NCBI GenBank assembly: GCA_018239725.1
Contig: JAFEGU010000114.1
Span: forward strand, 1 to 53,243
Direction of reading: 5' to 3'
Length of the DNA: 53,243 nucleotides
DNA from: Verrucomicrobiota bacterium
Lineage (GTDB): Bacteria; Chlamydiota; Chlamydiia; Chlamydiales; Rhabdochlamydiaceae
The first letter of the stretch is position 1. Each line of letters starts with the position of its first letter. Below are positions 36,055 through 46,000 of this stretch, piece after piece. Both the position numbers and the translations under genes were made by a program. The notes under the pieces were generated by a model. The model saw only the letters and a program-made list of their open reading frames with translations, ran no database searches and was not told where the DNA came from.

Positions 36055-37011
36055 ATGAAGAATTGTGCGGTCTTTAGTTGCATGGGATTAGGCGATGGGT
36101 TGATCACCATGGTTCTTTCCCATAATTTATACCTCAATGGATCCCGTGTTACGACATTCCACCCGTTTTTGCAGGGGTTGCAAAACTGGTTCCCCACTCT
36201 GCCGATACGTCCATTTCCTGATGAAAAGCTCCTTTCTGAAACTCTCAAAGAGTTCGACCGTTTTTTCATCATTTTTGAAAAGACCCCCTGGATGCAGGCT
36301 ATTTTGAAGCTATGCCAGGAAAAATATCCTGAAAAGACGACGGTTCTTAATCCGATCGCCACACCTAAAAGGGATTATCCTTATTGGGAAAATGGGCGTT
36401 TTGATGGAAGCCGTCCATTTGTCGATAATCTTTACACCTATTGCCAAGACGTTCTGAAATTGGCCGTTGCGACAAAAGGCAATGGGATCGTCATCCCTGC
36501 AGGCGTCGCTCCTCGAAAATATCCAGAGAGGATCGTTATCCATCCGACAAGTTCCCGCCCAGGAAAAAACTGGCCGATGGAGAAGTTCATCGTCTTGAGC
36601 AAGCAGCTGAAAGAAAAAGGCTTTCAGCCGGTCTTTGCGCTAACGGAAGAGGAAAAAAAGGGATGGCCTTTAGAACACATCGACGCGCCCCGTTTTACCA
36701 ACCTTTCCGATCTGTGCTCTTATGTGTGCGAGTCGGGATATATGATCGGCAATGATTCGGGCATCGGCCATCTTGCTTCGTGCTTAGGGCTGCCAACGTT
36801 GACCATCTGCCGCAGCTTGCTTGCCGCAAACTTTTGGCGGCCAGCATGGTGCCGTGGAGAGGTAGTCACCCCATCGTCATGGATTCCAAACGTCAAAGGT
36901 TTAAGATGGCGGGACGTCCACTGGAAAAAGTGGGTGGGCATCCCTAAGGTGCTCAGCTGTTTTATTCGTCTGACGCAGGATGGTGGTGCGAGTGTTCGTC
37001 GACCGAGATGA
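36055..37011 (+). CDS. Glycosyltransferase family 9 (LPS heptosyltransferase-like)
   Basis: GLGDGLI N-terminal motif, PGKNWPMEKFIVLSKQLKEKGFQPVF, and GNDSGIGHLASCLGLPTLTI (GT9 donor-binding region). The 3' end overlaps the convergent uvrD by 50 nt. Confidence 0.72.
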   Translation: MKNCAVFSCMGLGDGLITMVLSHNLYLNGSRVTTFHPFLQGLQNWFPTLPIRPFPDEKLLSETLKEFDRFFIIFEKTPWMQAILKLCQEKYPEKTTVLNPIATPKRDYPYWENGRFDGSRPFVDNLYTYCQDVLKLAVATKGNGIVIPAGVAPRKYPERIVIHPTSSRPGKNWPMEKFIVLSKQLKEKGFQPVFALTEEEKKGWPLEHIDAPRFTNLSDLCSYVCESGYMIGNDSGIGHLASCLGLPTLTICRSLLAANFWRPAWCRGEVVTPSSWIPNVKGLRWRDVHWKKWVGIPKVLSCFIRLTQDGGASVRRPR

Positions 37012-39118
37012 GCTTGGCGAACTTGGCTACAAGCGAACGGGTGGTGCCGGCTTGCGGGAAATGGACATCGTAGGGCAACCCGAGGGAGGGGCGGTATGTC
37101 TTTTGAACGATGCCCGCTCCGAAGTCTTTGTGGAAGACCACATCGCCCGGTTCAAAAGCCTCCTCATCTTCTTCGTAAGAAGACTCTTCCATACGCTTTG
37201 CAGAAACGGTGATATGGTAGGACTGCAGGAAGCGCTCGGGGACCTCTTTTAAGAAGCGGCTCGGACGCATCATGCGGGGCATTCCCCACAGGTAGCGGTA
37301 TCGGGAAGCTGTGAGGTAAAGGTACTCCTTGGCGCGGGTCATTCCGACATACATCAGACGCCTTTCCTCTTCGAGCGCATCCTGGCTGTCCTGCGCATTG
37401 GCATGCGGAAACAGATCTTCTTCCAGACCGACAACGAAGACGGCAGTGAACTCAAGGCCTTTTCCGTTGTGCATCGTCATCAGGCGGACGCTGTCAAGAG
37501 GGGCTTCCTTCTCATCAGCGCTCGACTTAAGGGTGAGCTCTTCCAAAAACGCTGCCAACGTCGGACTCTCATGCTCATCCTCCCACTCGGCAGCCTTTGA
37601 AACAAGTTCTTCGATGTTCCCCTTCCGCTCATCGTAGGACTCGGGATCCTCCTTCAGATGCTCTAAGTAGGAAGAGCGTTGGATGGCGCTCGAGATCACC
37701 TCGTGCAAAGGAACATTGGCCTTGATCATCTCTTTTAAGGCGCAGATCATGTCGCTGTACTGCCTTAGCCCGTCCCGCTGGCGAGGGGTCGGTTTGAAAT
37801 CGGTCTTTCCTTCTACGATCTGGATGCAAGTCGTCAAGATGTCCCACTGCTTTTCAGATGCAAGGTCGCGCAGTTTGCTCAAGGTCGCTTCGCCTAGGCC
37901 TCTTTTCGGCAGGTTGATTGTGCGGGAAAAGGCGAGATAGTCGGCTCCGCCTAAGACCATCCGCAGCAGAGCGAGGATATCTTTGATCTCCCGGCGCTGG
38001 TAGAAAGAGAGCCCGCCGATGATCCGGTAGGGGACCCTCTCCTTAAGTAGCGCGTCTTCAAAGATCCTCGACTGGAAATTTGTCCGGTAAAAGATCACGC
38101 AGTCGCGCAAGGGGATCCCTTTTTCCGAATGGAGCTTGTAAAGCTGCTTTACAACGAAGCCAGCCTCAGCGTGGTCGTTTTCTGCGATAAAGATGCCGAT
38201 CTTGTCGCCGACGCCCTTATCGCTCCAGAGGTTCTTTTCGTAGCGGCTGATATTGTGCTTGATGAGCGCATTGGCAGCTTCCAGGATGTTCGAGCGGCTC
38301 CGATAATTTTGCTCAAGGGCGACCACTTGCGCGCCTGGAAAATCCCTTTCGAAGTTAAGGATATTGTGGACATTAGCGCCCCTCCAGGAATAGATCGATT
38401 GGTCAGGGTCGCCAACGGCAAAGACATTGTTATGCTTTGCGGCAAGAAGCTTTGTGAGGGTGTATTGGGCGGCATTGGTGTCCTGGTACTCATCGATCAG
38501 AATGAATGTCCACCGCTTTTGGTACTGCTCTAAAATTTCGGGGCATTTGCGTAGCAGATCGACTGTTAGATATAGCAGATCGTCGAAATCAAGCGCATTG
38601 TACTCTTTGAGCTTTTTCTGATAGAGCTGGTAGATATTGTGGAGCCGCTCGTCCTCTTTCAGAAGGTGTTCAGGGTCGGTCAGCGCGTTTTTGGCCTGGG
38701 AGATCTGGAGCTTGACGGTTTTAAGGAGTCCTTTTTCTTCGTGCAGGTTCAATGCAGCGATGCATTCTTTGATCACCTTTTCGCTGTCTTCCTCATCATA
38801 GATCGTGAAATCGCGCGAGTAGCCTAATGCGGTGATCGATTCTCGCAGGATCCTGGCGCAGAGGCTGTGGAAGGTGCAAGTAAGGACAGATTGATGGGTG
38901 AGGTTCAAGATCCGCGTGCGCATCTCTTCTGCGGCCTTATTGGTGAAAGTCACGGCAAGGATCTCGGAAGCCGGCACGCCGATGCTGAGCAAGTGAGCTA
39001 CGCGAAAAGTCACGATCCGCGTTTTACCAGACCCTGCGCCAGCTAGGACGAGCATCGGGCCTTCGATGTGGTTAACGGCAACTTGCTGCTGTGGATTTAA
39101 AGAATGCGCTGTTTCCAT
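36962..39118 (-). CDS. uvrD: ATP-dependent DNA helicase, UvrD/PcrA/Rep family
   Basis: Motif I AGAGSGKT, Ia TFTNKAA, II IDEYQDTN, III VGDPDQSIYSWRGA, V/VI VRLMTMHNGKGLEF...RRLMYVGMTRAK. Confidence 0.93.
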   Translation of the reverse strand: METAHSLNPQQQVAVNHIEGPMLVLAGAGSGKTRIVTFRVAHLLSIGVPASEILAVTFTNKAAEEMRTRILNLTHQSVLTCTFHSLCARILRESITALGYSRDFTIYDEEDSEKVIKECIAALNLHEEKGLLKTVKLQISQAKNALTDPEHLLKEDERLHNIYQLYQKKLKEYNALDFDDLLYLTVDLLRKCPEILEQYQKRWTFILIDEYQDTNAAQYTLTKLLAAKHNNVFAVGDPDQSIYSWRGANVHNILNFERDFPGAQVVALEQNYRSRSNILEAANALIKHNISRYEKNLWSDKGVGDKIGIFIAENDHAEAGFVVKQLYKLHSEKGIPLRDCVIFYRTNFQSRIFEDALLKERVPYRIIGGLSFYQRREIKDILALLRMVLGGADYLAFSRTINLPKRGLGEATLSKLRDLASEKQWDILTTCIQIVEGKTDFKPTPRQRDGLRQYSDMICALKEMIKANVPLHEVISSAIQRSSYLEHLKEDPESYDERKGNIEELVSKAAEWEDEHESPTLAAFLEELTLKSSADEKEAPLDSVRLMTMHNGKGLEFTAVFVVGLEEDLFPHANAQDSQDALEEERRLMYVGMTRAKEYLYLTASRYRYLWGMPRMMRPSRFLKEVPERFLQSYHITVSAKRMEESSYEEDEEAFEPGDVVFHKDFGAGIVQKTYRPSLGLPYDVHFPQAGTTRSLVAKFAKLISVDEHSHHHPASDE

Positions 39119-39451
39119 AGTACTCGATGTTCCACTTTTTAGGGCCAGAGGAGAATTTTTGACAAAAACAGATCAAAGCGGAAGCGATCCGAACGAGGAG
39201 TCCCATATTGAATAGCTAAGGGAGGCGAGGCTACGGATACACCAGAAGGCCTGGTGGGCCTTCGCAGTGAGGAGTATGTAAAGCTTCCTTGATCGCGAAC
39301 CGGGCAGTACGGGCCGGCCATTGCCTCTCTATTCATAAAATTTTCATGTGGCTATAAAAATTGAAACATCGTGTAGAAGGCTACACTATATCTTACGTGA
39401 AAATTATGCGCCTACGCAAAAAGTTCTTAGAGGCAATTTGGAGCTGACTTC

Positions 39452-40528
39452 TTAGAAGTGGATCATGCCTGTAAGGGCTACCCCTTGATAGATGAGGTTC
39501 CCTTCATTCGATTTGAAACGGGAAGAGTCGCTTGTGGTGCCGTAGTATGTTAAAAACTGGTTCTGGTTGAAATAGAGGTGGTATTCATAGCCGGCTTTTA
39601 TTGTGAATCCTAGTTGATTATTGGAAACTAGCCGGGCCCATTTGATCCCAAGCTCCATATCGATGATCGGTTTGCCAGAGCGGAAGCTTTTATCCGTTTT
39701 CCAGATTTCTGTACCTTCTTGGTGGGCATGTTGGTCGATATCGAAAAATCCTAGCAGGAGAGAGAAATCTGTGCCTCCATATAGGCTGAACCCAGCTCCA
39801 AAGATCCAATCAAAATCTAAGCCTCCGACAAAACCGAATCCCCAAAACCGGTTCTTCAACTCGATCTTCTGTTCTATTTCAAATTGATTCTCATAGTGAA
39901 CATGATATCTTTGAAATAGCCATGTTGCACGCAGCCCCCCATTCGGCCGAAGTGTTAAATATTTACCGACGTAGTATTCCCGTCCCAAATTTAAATCAAA
40001 TTGATCAAGATCGACTTGCCAGTTCCCTTTAGCTAGAACAATATTATCGGGAGTCAAAAGGCCTTCTTCTCCCCAATATTGGAAGATGAACTGCTCTTTG
40101 CCTTGCGGTGTGGTAAAGTCGACGCCGTGGACTTTTCCTTTTGCATGATTTTTCATGCGCGTATAAAGTAGTTTTCCATCCCAACCATCGTGCGGCATCT
40201 CATAACCTACTCCGACCCGGTATCCCCAATACCAGTCAAAATGGGGGCTCTTGATATCTCTATTTATGGTTGCAGAACTAACTGAAGGAAGATTAGGGGA
40301 GACCATCGCATATGGAAGGTTATCTTCAAAGGCCTGCCAAAGCAGTGCCTCGGCATCTACCCAAAGGAGATTGCTGTCATCGGCCCAAGGATTAGCGGGA
40401 AAATTGGTAGCAACAGGAAATGAATCTGTGGGTCCAATCGAGGAAGTGGAAGAGGAATCCGCATTGACAGCCCAACCGAGCGATCCGATCAAGATCATGG
40501 AACAGGTTAAAACAGGCATCAGTTTCAT
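39452..40528 (-). CDS. MOMP-like outer-membrane beta-barrel porin (short paralog)
   Basis: Signal peptide MKLMPVLTCSMILIGSLGWAVNA and C-terminal ...GVALTGMIHF. Collinear with the C-terminal half of 40661-42970 (LLWQAFEDN / LLWQAVQEN; IKSPHFDWYWGYRVGVGY / IKKPHFDWDWGWRFGAGY). Confidence 0.65.
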   Translation of the reverse strand: MKLMPVLTCSMILIGSLGWAVNADSSSTSSIGPTDSFPVATNFPANPWADDSNLLWVDAEALLWQAFEDNLPYAMVSPNLPSVSSATINRDIKSPHFDWYWGYRVGVGYEMPHDGWDGKLLYTRMKNHAKGKVHGVDFTTPQGKEQFIFQYWGEEGLLTPDNIVLAKGNWQVDLDQFDLNLGREYYVGKYLTLRPNGGLRATWLFQRYHVHYENQFEIEQKIELKNRFWGFGFVGGLDFDWIFGAGFSLYGGTDFSLLLGFFDIDQHAHQEGTEIWKTDKSFRSGKPIIDMELGIKWARLVSNNQLGFTIKAGYEYHLYFNQNQFLTYYGTTSDSSRFKSNEGNLIYQGVALTGMIHF

Positions 40529-40561
40529 AGTGGCAATTCCTTAACGTATCAATATAGAGAA

Positions 40562-40628
40562 CCAATTGCAAAACTCATGTTACCTATAAAATTAATCATT
40601 TTGCAGCTCAGCTGTTTTTTGCAATTGG
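40562..40628. repeat. 12-bp perfect inverted repeat (CCAATTGCAAAA / TTTTGCAATTGG) with a 43-nt spacer between the two porin genes
   Basis: Read directly. Lies between the stop of the upstream porin gene and the start of the downstream one. Role (terminator or operator) unknown. Confidence 0.5.
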
Positions 40629-40660
40629 CTCTAGAATCTCCTAAGCTAAGTAGAAATTCC

Positions 40661-42970
40661 TTAAAAGTCAAACTGGCCCGAGAATGTGACCCCTTGGTAA
40701 GTTAGATCTCCATTAACGGGATTGAACAGTTCAAAGTTATCATTGCCACTGCTTAGCAAATATTGGTTCTGATTAAAGTAAAGGTGGTATTCATAGCCAA
40801 CCTTAAATCCAATTGCAAAGCGGTCGCTATAAATTTTCTTAGACCATTTTAATCCTAAGTCCAAATCAAAGATCGGTCTTCCGGTTCTAAAGCTTTTTGA
40901 AATTTTAGAGATTGTTGAGCCGTTGAATGTTCCATGTTGGTCTACATCGAAATAGCCAAGAAGAACAGCAAAGCCTGCATCTCCAAAGAGGCTGAATCCT
41001 CTTCCGAGCATCCAATCGCTATCCAGCCCTGCAAAGAATCCCATTCCCCAAAATTTGTTGGTCATGTGAGACTTCTGCTTGCCATTAATTCCTTCAAAAT
41101 CAACATCGTAATCTTGAAAGATCCATGAGCTGCGCATGCCGGCGTTGGGTCGCAGGGTCAAGTACCGGCCGACATAAAACTGCCTGCCTAGATCGAGGTC
41201 GACTTGGTCCAAGTGCACATTCCAGTGAGCATTAGCTTCTTTAGGATTGAAGACATCACCGACATGGGCAGCTACTGACCAAATCTTGAAGAGGAGTTCA
41301 TCTCCCCGATGAGTCGTCCCTTGTGCATGGTTTTCGATATGGGTCCAAATGAGGGACAAGTCCCAGCCATCGCGAGGGATATTGTATCCAGCTCCGAAAC
41401 GCCAGCCCCAATCCCAGTCGAAATGGGGTTTTTTAATGTCTCTAACGCGCAAGTTGTTGTTCCCATTATGCCCTTTATAAATGTACTCCATATTTTCTTG
41501 GACCGCTTGCCACAGCAGAGCTTCTCCAAGGATCCACAGGTTCCATCCATCTTGGACAACAGGCCTTGCAGGCATGTTGATCGCTTGAGGCAGCTTTGAT
41601 GGGGAAGTTTCTTTTGGGCCAGAAGGTTCCATGGAACTTTGGTTGATCTTCTGGGTGTATGGGGTTCCCATGTTGGGGCCGTTGTTTTGAGCTTGCAGGC
41701 GTCCTTGCTCCCGAGTATTTCTTGGAGAGGACTGGTAATAGGCCCGTTGTCTAGGCGTTGTCCGAGCTGGGCTCTGCATTACATCATCTTCTGCTTGTGC
41801 AGTTTCAACAGAGCGGCTGCTTTGCCGAGAGTTTGATGATCGTTGTGTGTTTTTCGAAACCTGTGGTTGCTGACTGCGTTGAACGGAAGGCTGGCGTGGG
41901 GAAGCAGGTTTTTGTTCTGGTTTAGAAGCTGCAGAAGCTTGCTCTGATTGGGCTCTAGCAGCTTGTTGTCTGCGGCGAGCAGGAGCCTGTCTTGTCGATG
42001 GAGACTGCTGAGCTGTGTCAGCTGCGGAAGCTTGCTCTGATTGAGCTCGGGCAGGTTGTTGTCTGCGGCGAGCAGGAGCTTGTCGAGTGGATGGAGACTG
42101 CTGAGTTGTGTCAGCTGCGGAAGCTTGCTCTGATTGAGCTCGGGCAGGTTGTTGTCTGCGGCGAGCAGGAGCCTGTCTTGTCGATGGAAACTGCTGAGCT
42201 GTGTCAGCTGCGGAAGCTTGCTCTGATTGAGCTCGGGCAGGTTGCTGTCTGCGGCGAGCAGGAGCTTGTCGAGTGGATGGAGACTGCTGAGTTGTTTCAG
42301 CTGCAGAGGCTTGCTCTGATTGAGCTTGGGTAGGTTGTTGTCTGCGCTGAGCAGAGGGGCGGCGTGTAGTTGGCTGCTGTTGTGATTGTTGAGGAGTTGT
42401 TGCTTCTGCAGGTTTTACTTGTTGAGAGGGTCTTTTAAGGGCTGCGCTTTGAGGTTTTCCCTGCGCTGGGGCATTGGGGGCTCGATATGTGCTTTCTTCT
42501 TTACGAGGAGTTGGCATCGCAGGTTTCGATTCAGGTGTTGCAGGAGGAGGAATATCGGTAATGCCATAAGAAGCTCCTTCTTTGGCAGGAGCTGGAACTA
42601 CTTTTTGTGATTTTGGCATTGCCGGAGCATCAACTGGCGAAAGGGGATCCTCGCCGGAGATAAAAGTGTCGTTATATTCATCATCATACTCAAATGAAAC
42701 ATCATTTTCTTCATGATCGCTATCATCGCTGTCATCGTCCTCATTGCTGTCATCGTTTTCATTATCTGAGATAGGATCGCGGAAATGGAACTTTTCTGCG
42801 TTGACCGATACGATCTTTTGTGCCTGTTCGAGTTCTAAACTAGCCTCATCAGGAGCTAAAATGACAGAGCCTGTGAAATTTTCCGCTTCATTTTCTTGGA
42901 GAAGAGGATCGTTTCCAAAACCTTGGATCATTAGTATCAACGACAGTGGAAGAAGATAAAATTGTTTCAT
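40661..42970 (-). CDS. MOMP-like outer-membrane porin with a long N-terminal extension (acidic D/E/N-rich segment, then a basic Q/R/P/A-rich tandem repeat)
   Basis: Signal peptide MKQFYLLPLSLILMIQGFG, five QSEQASAA-containing 31-aa repeats, then a beta-barrel domain ending ...GVTFSGQFDF. Confidence 0.65.
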   Translation of the reverse strand: MKQFYLLPLSLILMIQGFGNDPLLQENEAENFTGSVILAPDEASLELEQAQKIVSVNAEKFHFRDPISDNENDDSNEDDDSDDSDHEENDVSFEYDDEYNDTFISGEDPLSPVDAPAMPKSQKVVPAPAKEGASYGITDIPPPATPESKPAMPTPRKEESTYRAPNAPAQGKPQSAALKRPSQQVKPAEATTPQQSQQQPTTRRPSAQRRQQPTQAQSEQASAAETTQQSPSTRQAPARRRQQPARAQSEQASAADTAQQFPSTRQAPARRRQQPARAQSEQASAADTTQQSPSTRQAPARRRQQPARAQSEQASAADTAQQSPSTRQAPARRRQQAARAQSEQASAASKPEQKPASPRQPSVQRSQQPQVSKNTQRSSNSRQSSRSVETAQAEDDVMQSPARTTPRQRAYYQSSPRNTREQGRLQAQNNGPNMGTPYTQKINQSSMEPSGPKETSPSKLPQAINMPARPVVQDGWNLWILGEALLWQAVQENMEYIYKGHNGNNNLRVRDIKKPHFDWDWGWRFGAGYNIPRDGWDLSLIWTHIENHAQGTTHRGDELLFKIWSVAAHVGDVFNPKEANAHWNVHLDQVDLDLGRQFYVGRYLTLRPNAGMRSSWIFQDYDVDFEGINGKQKSHMTNKFWGMGFFAGLDSDWMLGRGFSLFGDAGFAVLLGYFDVDQHGTFNGSTISKISKSFRTGRPIFDLDLGLKWSKKIYSDRFAIGFKVGYEYHLYFNQNQYLLSSGNDNFELFNPVNGDLTYQGVTFSGQFDF
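41927..42369. repeat. Tandem 93-bp (31-codon) in-frame repeat, about 4.7 copies, with an alternating 186-bp super-period
   Basis: Unit starts at 41998, 42091, 42184 and 42277 (exact 93-bp spacing), with a partial copy from about 41927. Unit ends alternate between ...GAGCTTGTCGAGTGG and ...GAGCCTGTCTTGTCG. Confidence 0.92.
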
Positions 42971-43006
42971 AATGGATCTCCTAGAAGATCTTATTGTATT
43001 ATTTTT

Positions 43007-46000
43007 CTAATTGAGTGGTTTTCTTGCCTCGCCTTCTCTGACACCGAGGTTGCCGTAGCGGTGGTAATCGATGCTGAAGGCAATCTCGCGCAAATAGTGG
43101 AGCAGCTCAAACCTCCCGTTTGCCAATACGGGAGCATAGCCTAAGTAACATCCTGATTCCGCTGCAGCAGACTTTAATGCTTCGCTTGCAGGGGTGATCA
43201 GACGAATCCGTTTCATACTTCCTATCTTAACTCGCTGGTTGAACTGGTCTTCCGATTCTTCAACGAAATGAAAACGGTGCTGCAGAGGTCGAAGCTGGTC
43301 GCGGACAGCGATATGGGTATGCCCTTTTGTCCAGCTTACTTCCATTTTTGCTCCGCAGCTCAATGCAGCTGCAAGCACCCGCATGATGTCTAGCGCGCTG
43401 TCGTTTTCTTGGATGCGGAAGCAGATCGACTTATGCGGACGGTAGCGCAACAGGTTGTCTTGCCCAATGATCTTGCTGGGGTCATGGTCATGCGCGAACC
43501 GTATCGCCCAGAAGGCGTAGTTGGCGATGCTCGCATACCAGACGCCAAGCTCTTCTGTGGAAAGCTTGATCTTTTGCAAGATCGATGTGAGGTTGTTCAC
43601 TTCCTCGGTGACTGGATGCTTGTCCTGCGGCAGGCTGACCTGGGTCGGGACCATGAACTGGGAAACGTAGTTCGGTCCTCCAGCTTTTGAGCCGTGGCCG
43701 AAGCTGCTCGCTTTTGTTCCACCGAATGGCTGCCGGCGGACGATGGCTCCTGTAATCCCTCGATTGATGTAGCAGTTGCCCGCTTCGATCTTCTCCATCC
43801 AGACGGCAACTTCCCTTTCATCAAGACTTTGAAATCCAGAAGTCAGTCCGTAGGGCGTTCCGTTGGCAAGTTCAATGGCGTGTTTTAGGTTTTTAGCGCG
43901 CATGACGCCGAGCACAGGCCCGAACAGCTCGGTCTGGTGCATGAAGCTGTTTTCCTTGACTCCGTATTTAACGCCGGGCGACCATAAGTTGGGGTTGTTC
44001 GGATCTTGGCGAGGAACGACCAGCCATTCTTCTCCCGGTTCTAAAGTGGTGAGGCCTCTTCGCAGCGCTTCTCCAGGCTCTCGGATGATCGGCGACATTT
44101 TGTTAGCAAGGTCCCAGCATGGTCCGACGCGCAAGCTCTCAACAGCGTCCTTGAGCTGCTTTTTGAAATGGGGATCGTCATAAAGCTCCGCTTCTAAGAT
44201 CGCTAAACTGCATGCGCTGCATTTTTGACCGCTATGGCCGAAAGCGGATTGGACGATATCTTTGATCGCAAGGTCCCTATCGGCAAGCGATGTGGCGATG
44301 ATCGCGTTTTTTCCGCCGGTTTCCGCGGCCAGGTCGACACCTGGTCTTAAACGCATGAAGAGGCGGGCTGTCGATGTCGCGCCTGTTAGAACGATCATAT
44401 TGATCCGCCGGTCGGCGATCAGTTTGCTTCCGACGGGTTCATCGGGGCAATTGATAAATTGCAGCACCTCTTTGGGCACGCCGGCATCCCACAAGACATT
44501 GGCAAGGACCCATCCGCTAAGCACAGCTTCTGGAGCCGGCTTGAAGATCACGCAGTTTCCAGCGACCAGGGCCGCCAAAATTCCTCCTGCGGGGATCGAG
44601 ATGGGGAAGTTCCATGGCGGGGTGACGAGGACTGTTCCTTTCGGCTTCCAGTGGATATCTTTGCACGAGTCCATTTTTTTCATGCTGCGCAAGTAGTATT
44701 CGGCAAAGTCGATCGCCTCGGAAACTTCAGGGTCTCCTTCGAGGATCGTCTTCCCGCCGTCCGCCATCATAACGCCGATCAAATCGTCCCGTTTTTCCCG
44801 CATATGGTGAGCGATCCGAGAGAGGAGCTGGCATCTTTCTTCGACGCTTTTCATGCTCCACATCGATTCGTGGGATTTAGCGCATTGGACCGCTTCATCG
44901 ACCTGTTTCCAATCGGCCATCGAATAACGGTAGAGGCATTGGTGCGGATGGGCTGGATCGCAACCTGATCCTTCAGGATCTTTTTGATGGATCTCCTTGC
45001 CTCCGATCATTAATGGGATCGGCTGCAGGCGGATCTTTTTCCACTTGTCGGCAATCGCATTTGCCCAAGTTCGGTTATCGCTTAAGGAAAAGTCGGTGTC
45101 CGCTTCATTTTCAAATGGAGCGGAAGCTTTAAGCTGGTGCGGCTGCTCCAAACGGTTTTGCGTTCTTCTTGGCGTCATGTAGACTGTGTTCATTTCGCGG
45201 CAGGCTTTGGAAAAAAGGAGCACCTGTTCTTCCCATTCAGGAGATCCTGGCGTCAGGCCGAAGGTGTGGCGCAAAAAGTTGTCCGGTCCTGTGTTTTCAT
45301 CAAGGCGGCGGATCAGATAGGCGATCGCGCTTTGGAAGTCTTCCTTTGTTGCAACAGGGCAATAGAGGAGGATATCTTTTGTCAGTTTTTGCACGACCCT
45401 GCGGATATGGTCAGCCATCCCTTCGAGCATTTCAAAGGAGATCTCCTCGTCGACGAGGTTTTCCGCGCGTAGCAGCATCGCATAGGCGATGTCGAACAGG
45501 TTGTGGCTGGCAATTCCTAAGTGGACAGCTTTTGCATGAGGTGGAAGGCATCCGTATGTCACCATCCGCTTGTAGTTGGCGTCGACGTCCGATTTCTTTG
45601 TGTAAGGAGTTTGGTTCCAATCGCGCACGCTTGCCTCGAACTGCTCCATGGCCAAGTTTGCCCCTTTGACGATACGGATCTTGATCGGTGCTCCCCCTTT
45701 CTTAATCCGTTCCATAGCCCATTCGGTGAGTTCCTTTTGGATTTCGTGCGCATCGGGGAGATAGGCCTGCAGGACGATCCCTGCTGAAAATTGATGGAAC
45801 TCTGGTTCGTTCAAGACTTTCTTAAAGAGTTCTTTGGTAAGAACGAGGTCTCGGTATTCTTCCATGTCCAAGTTCACGAATTTAGGAGTCGTCGATCCAT
45901 CGGCGCGTTTGAACTGGTGGTTCATCGCAACTCTATAGAGCTGGCGCAAGCGGTCGGACAGGGTATCGAGTGTTTTTTCCCAGCCAAGGAGGTGGATCTG

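Noticed and set aside
39139-39336. 65-aa minus-strand ORF in the uvrD/porin intergenic region.
   Set aside because: No SD, and an odd R/P/S-rich composition. It coincides with the predicted RNA secondary structure and is more likely non-coding.
41992-42333. 113-aa plus-strand ORF with its own internal repeats (METAELCQLRKLALIELGQVVVCGEQE...).
   Set aside because: It is the antisense reading of the 93-bp tandem repeat of the porin gene. The repeat periodicity keeps the frame open.
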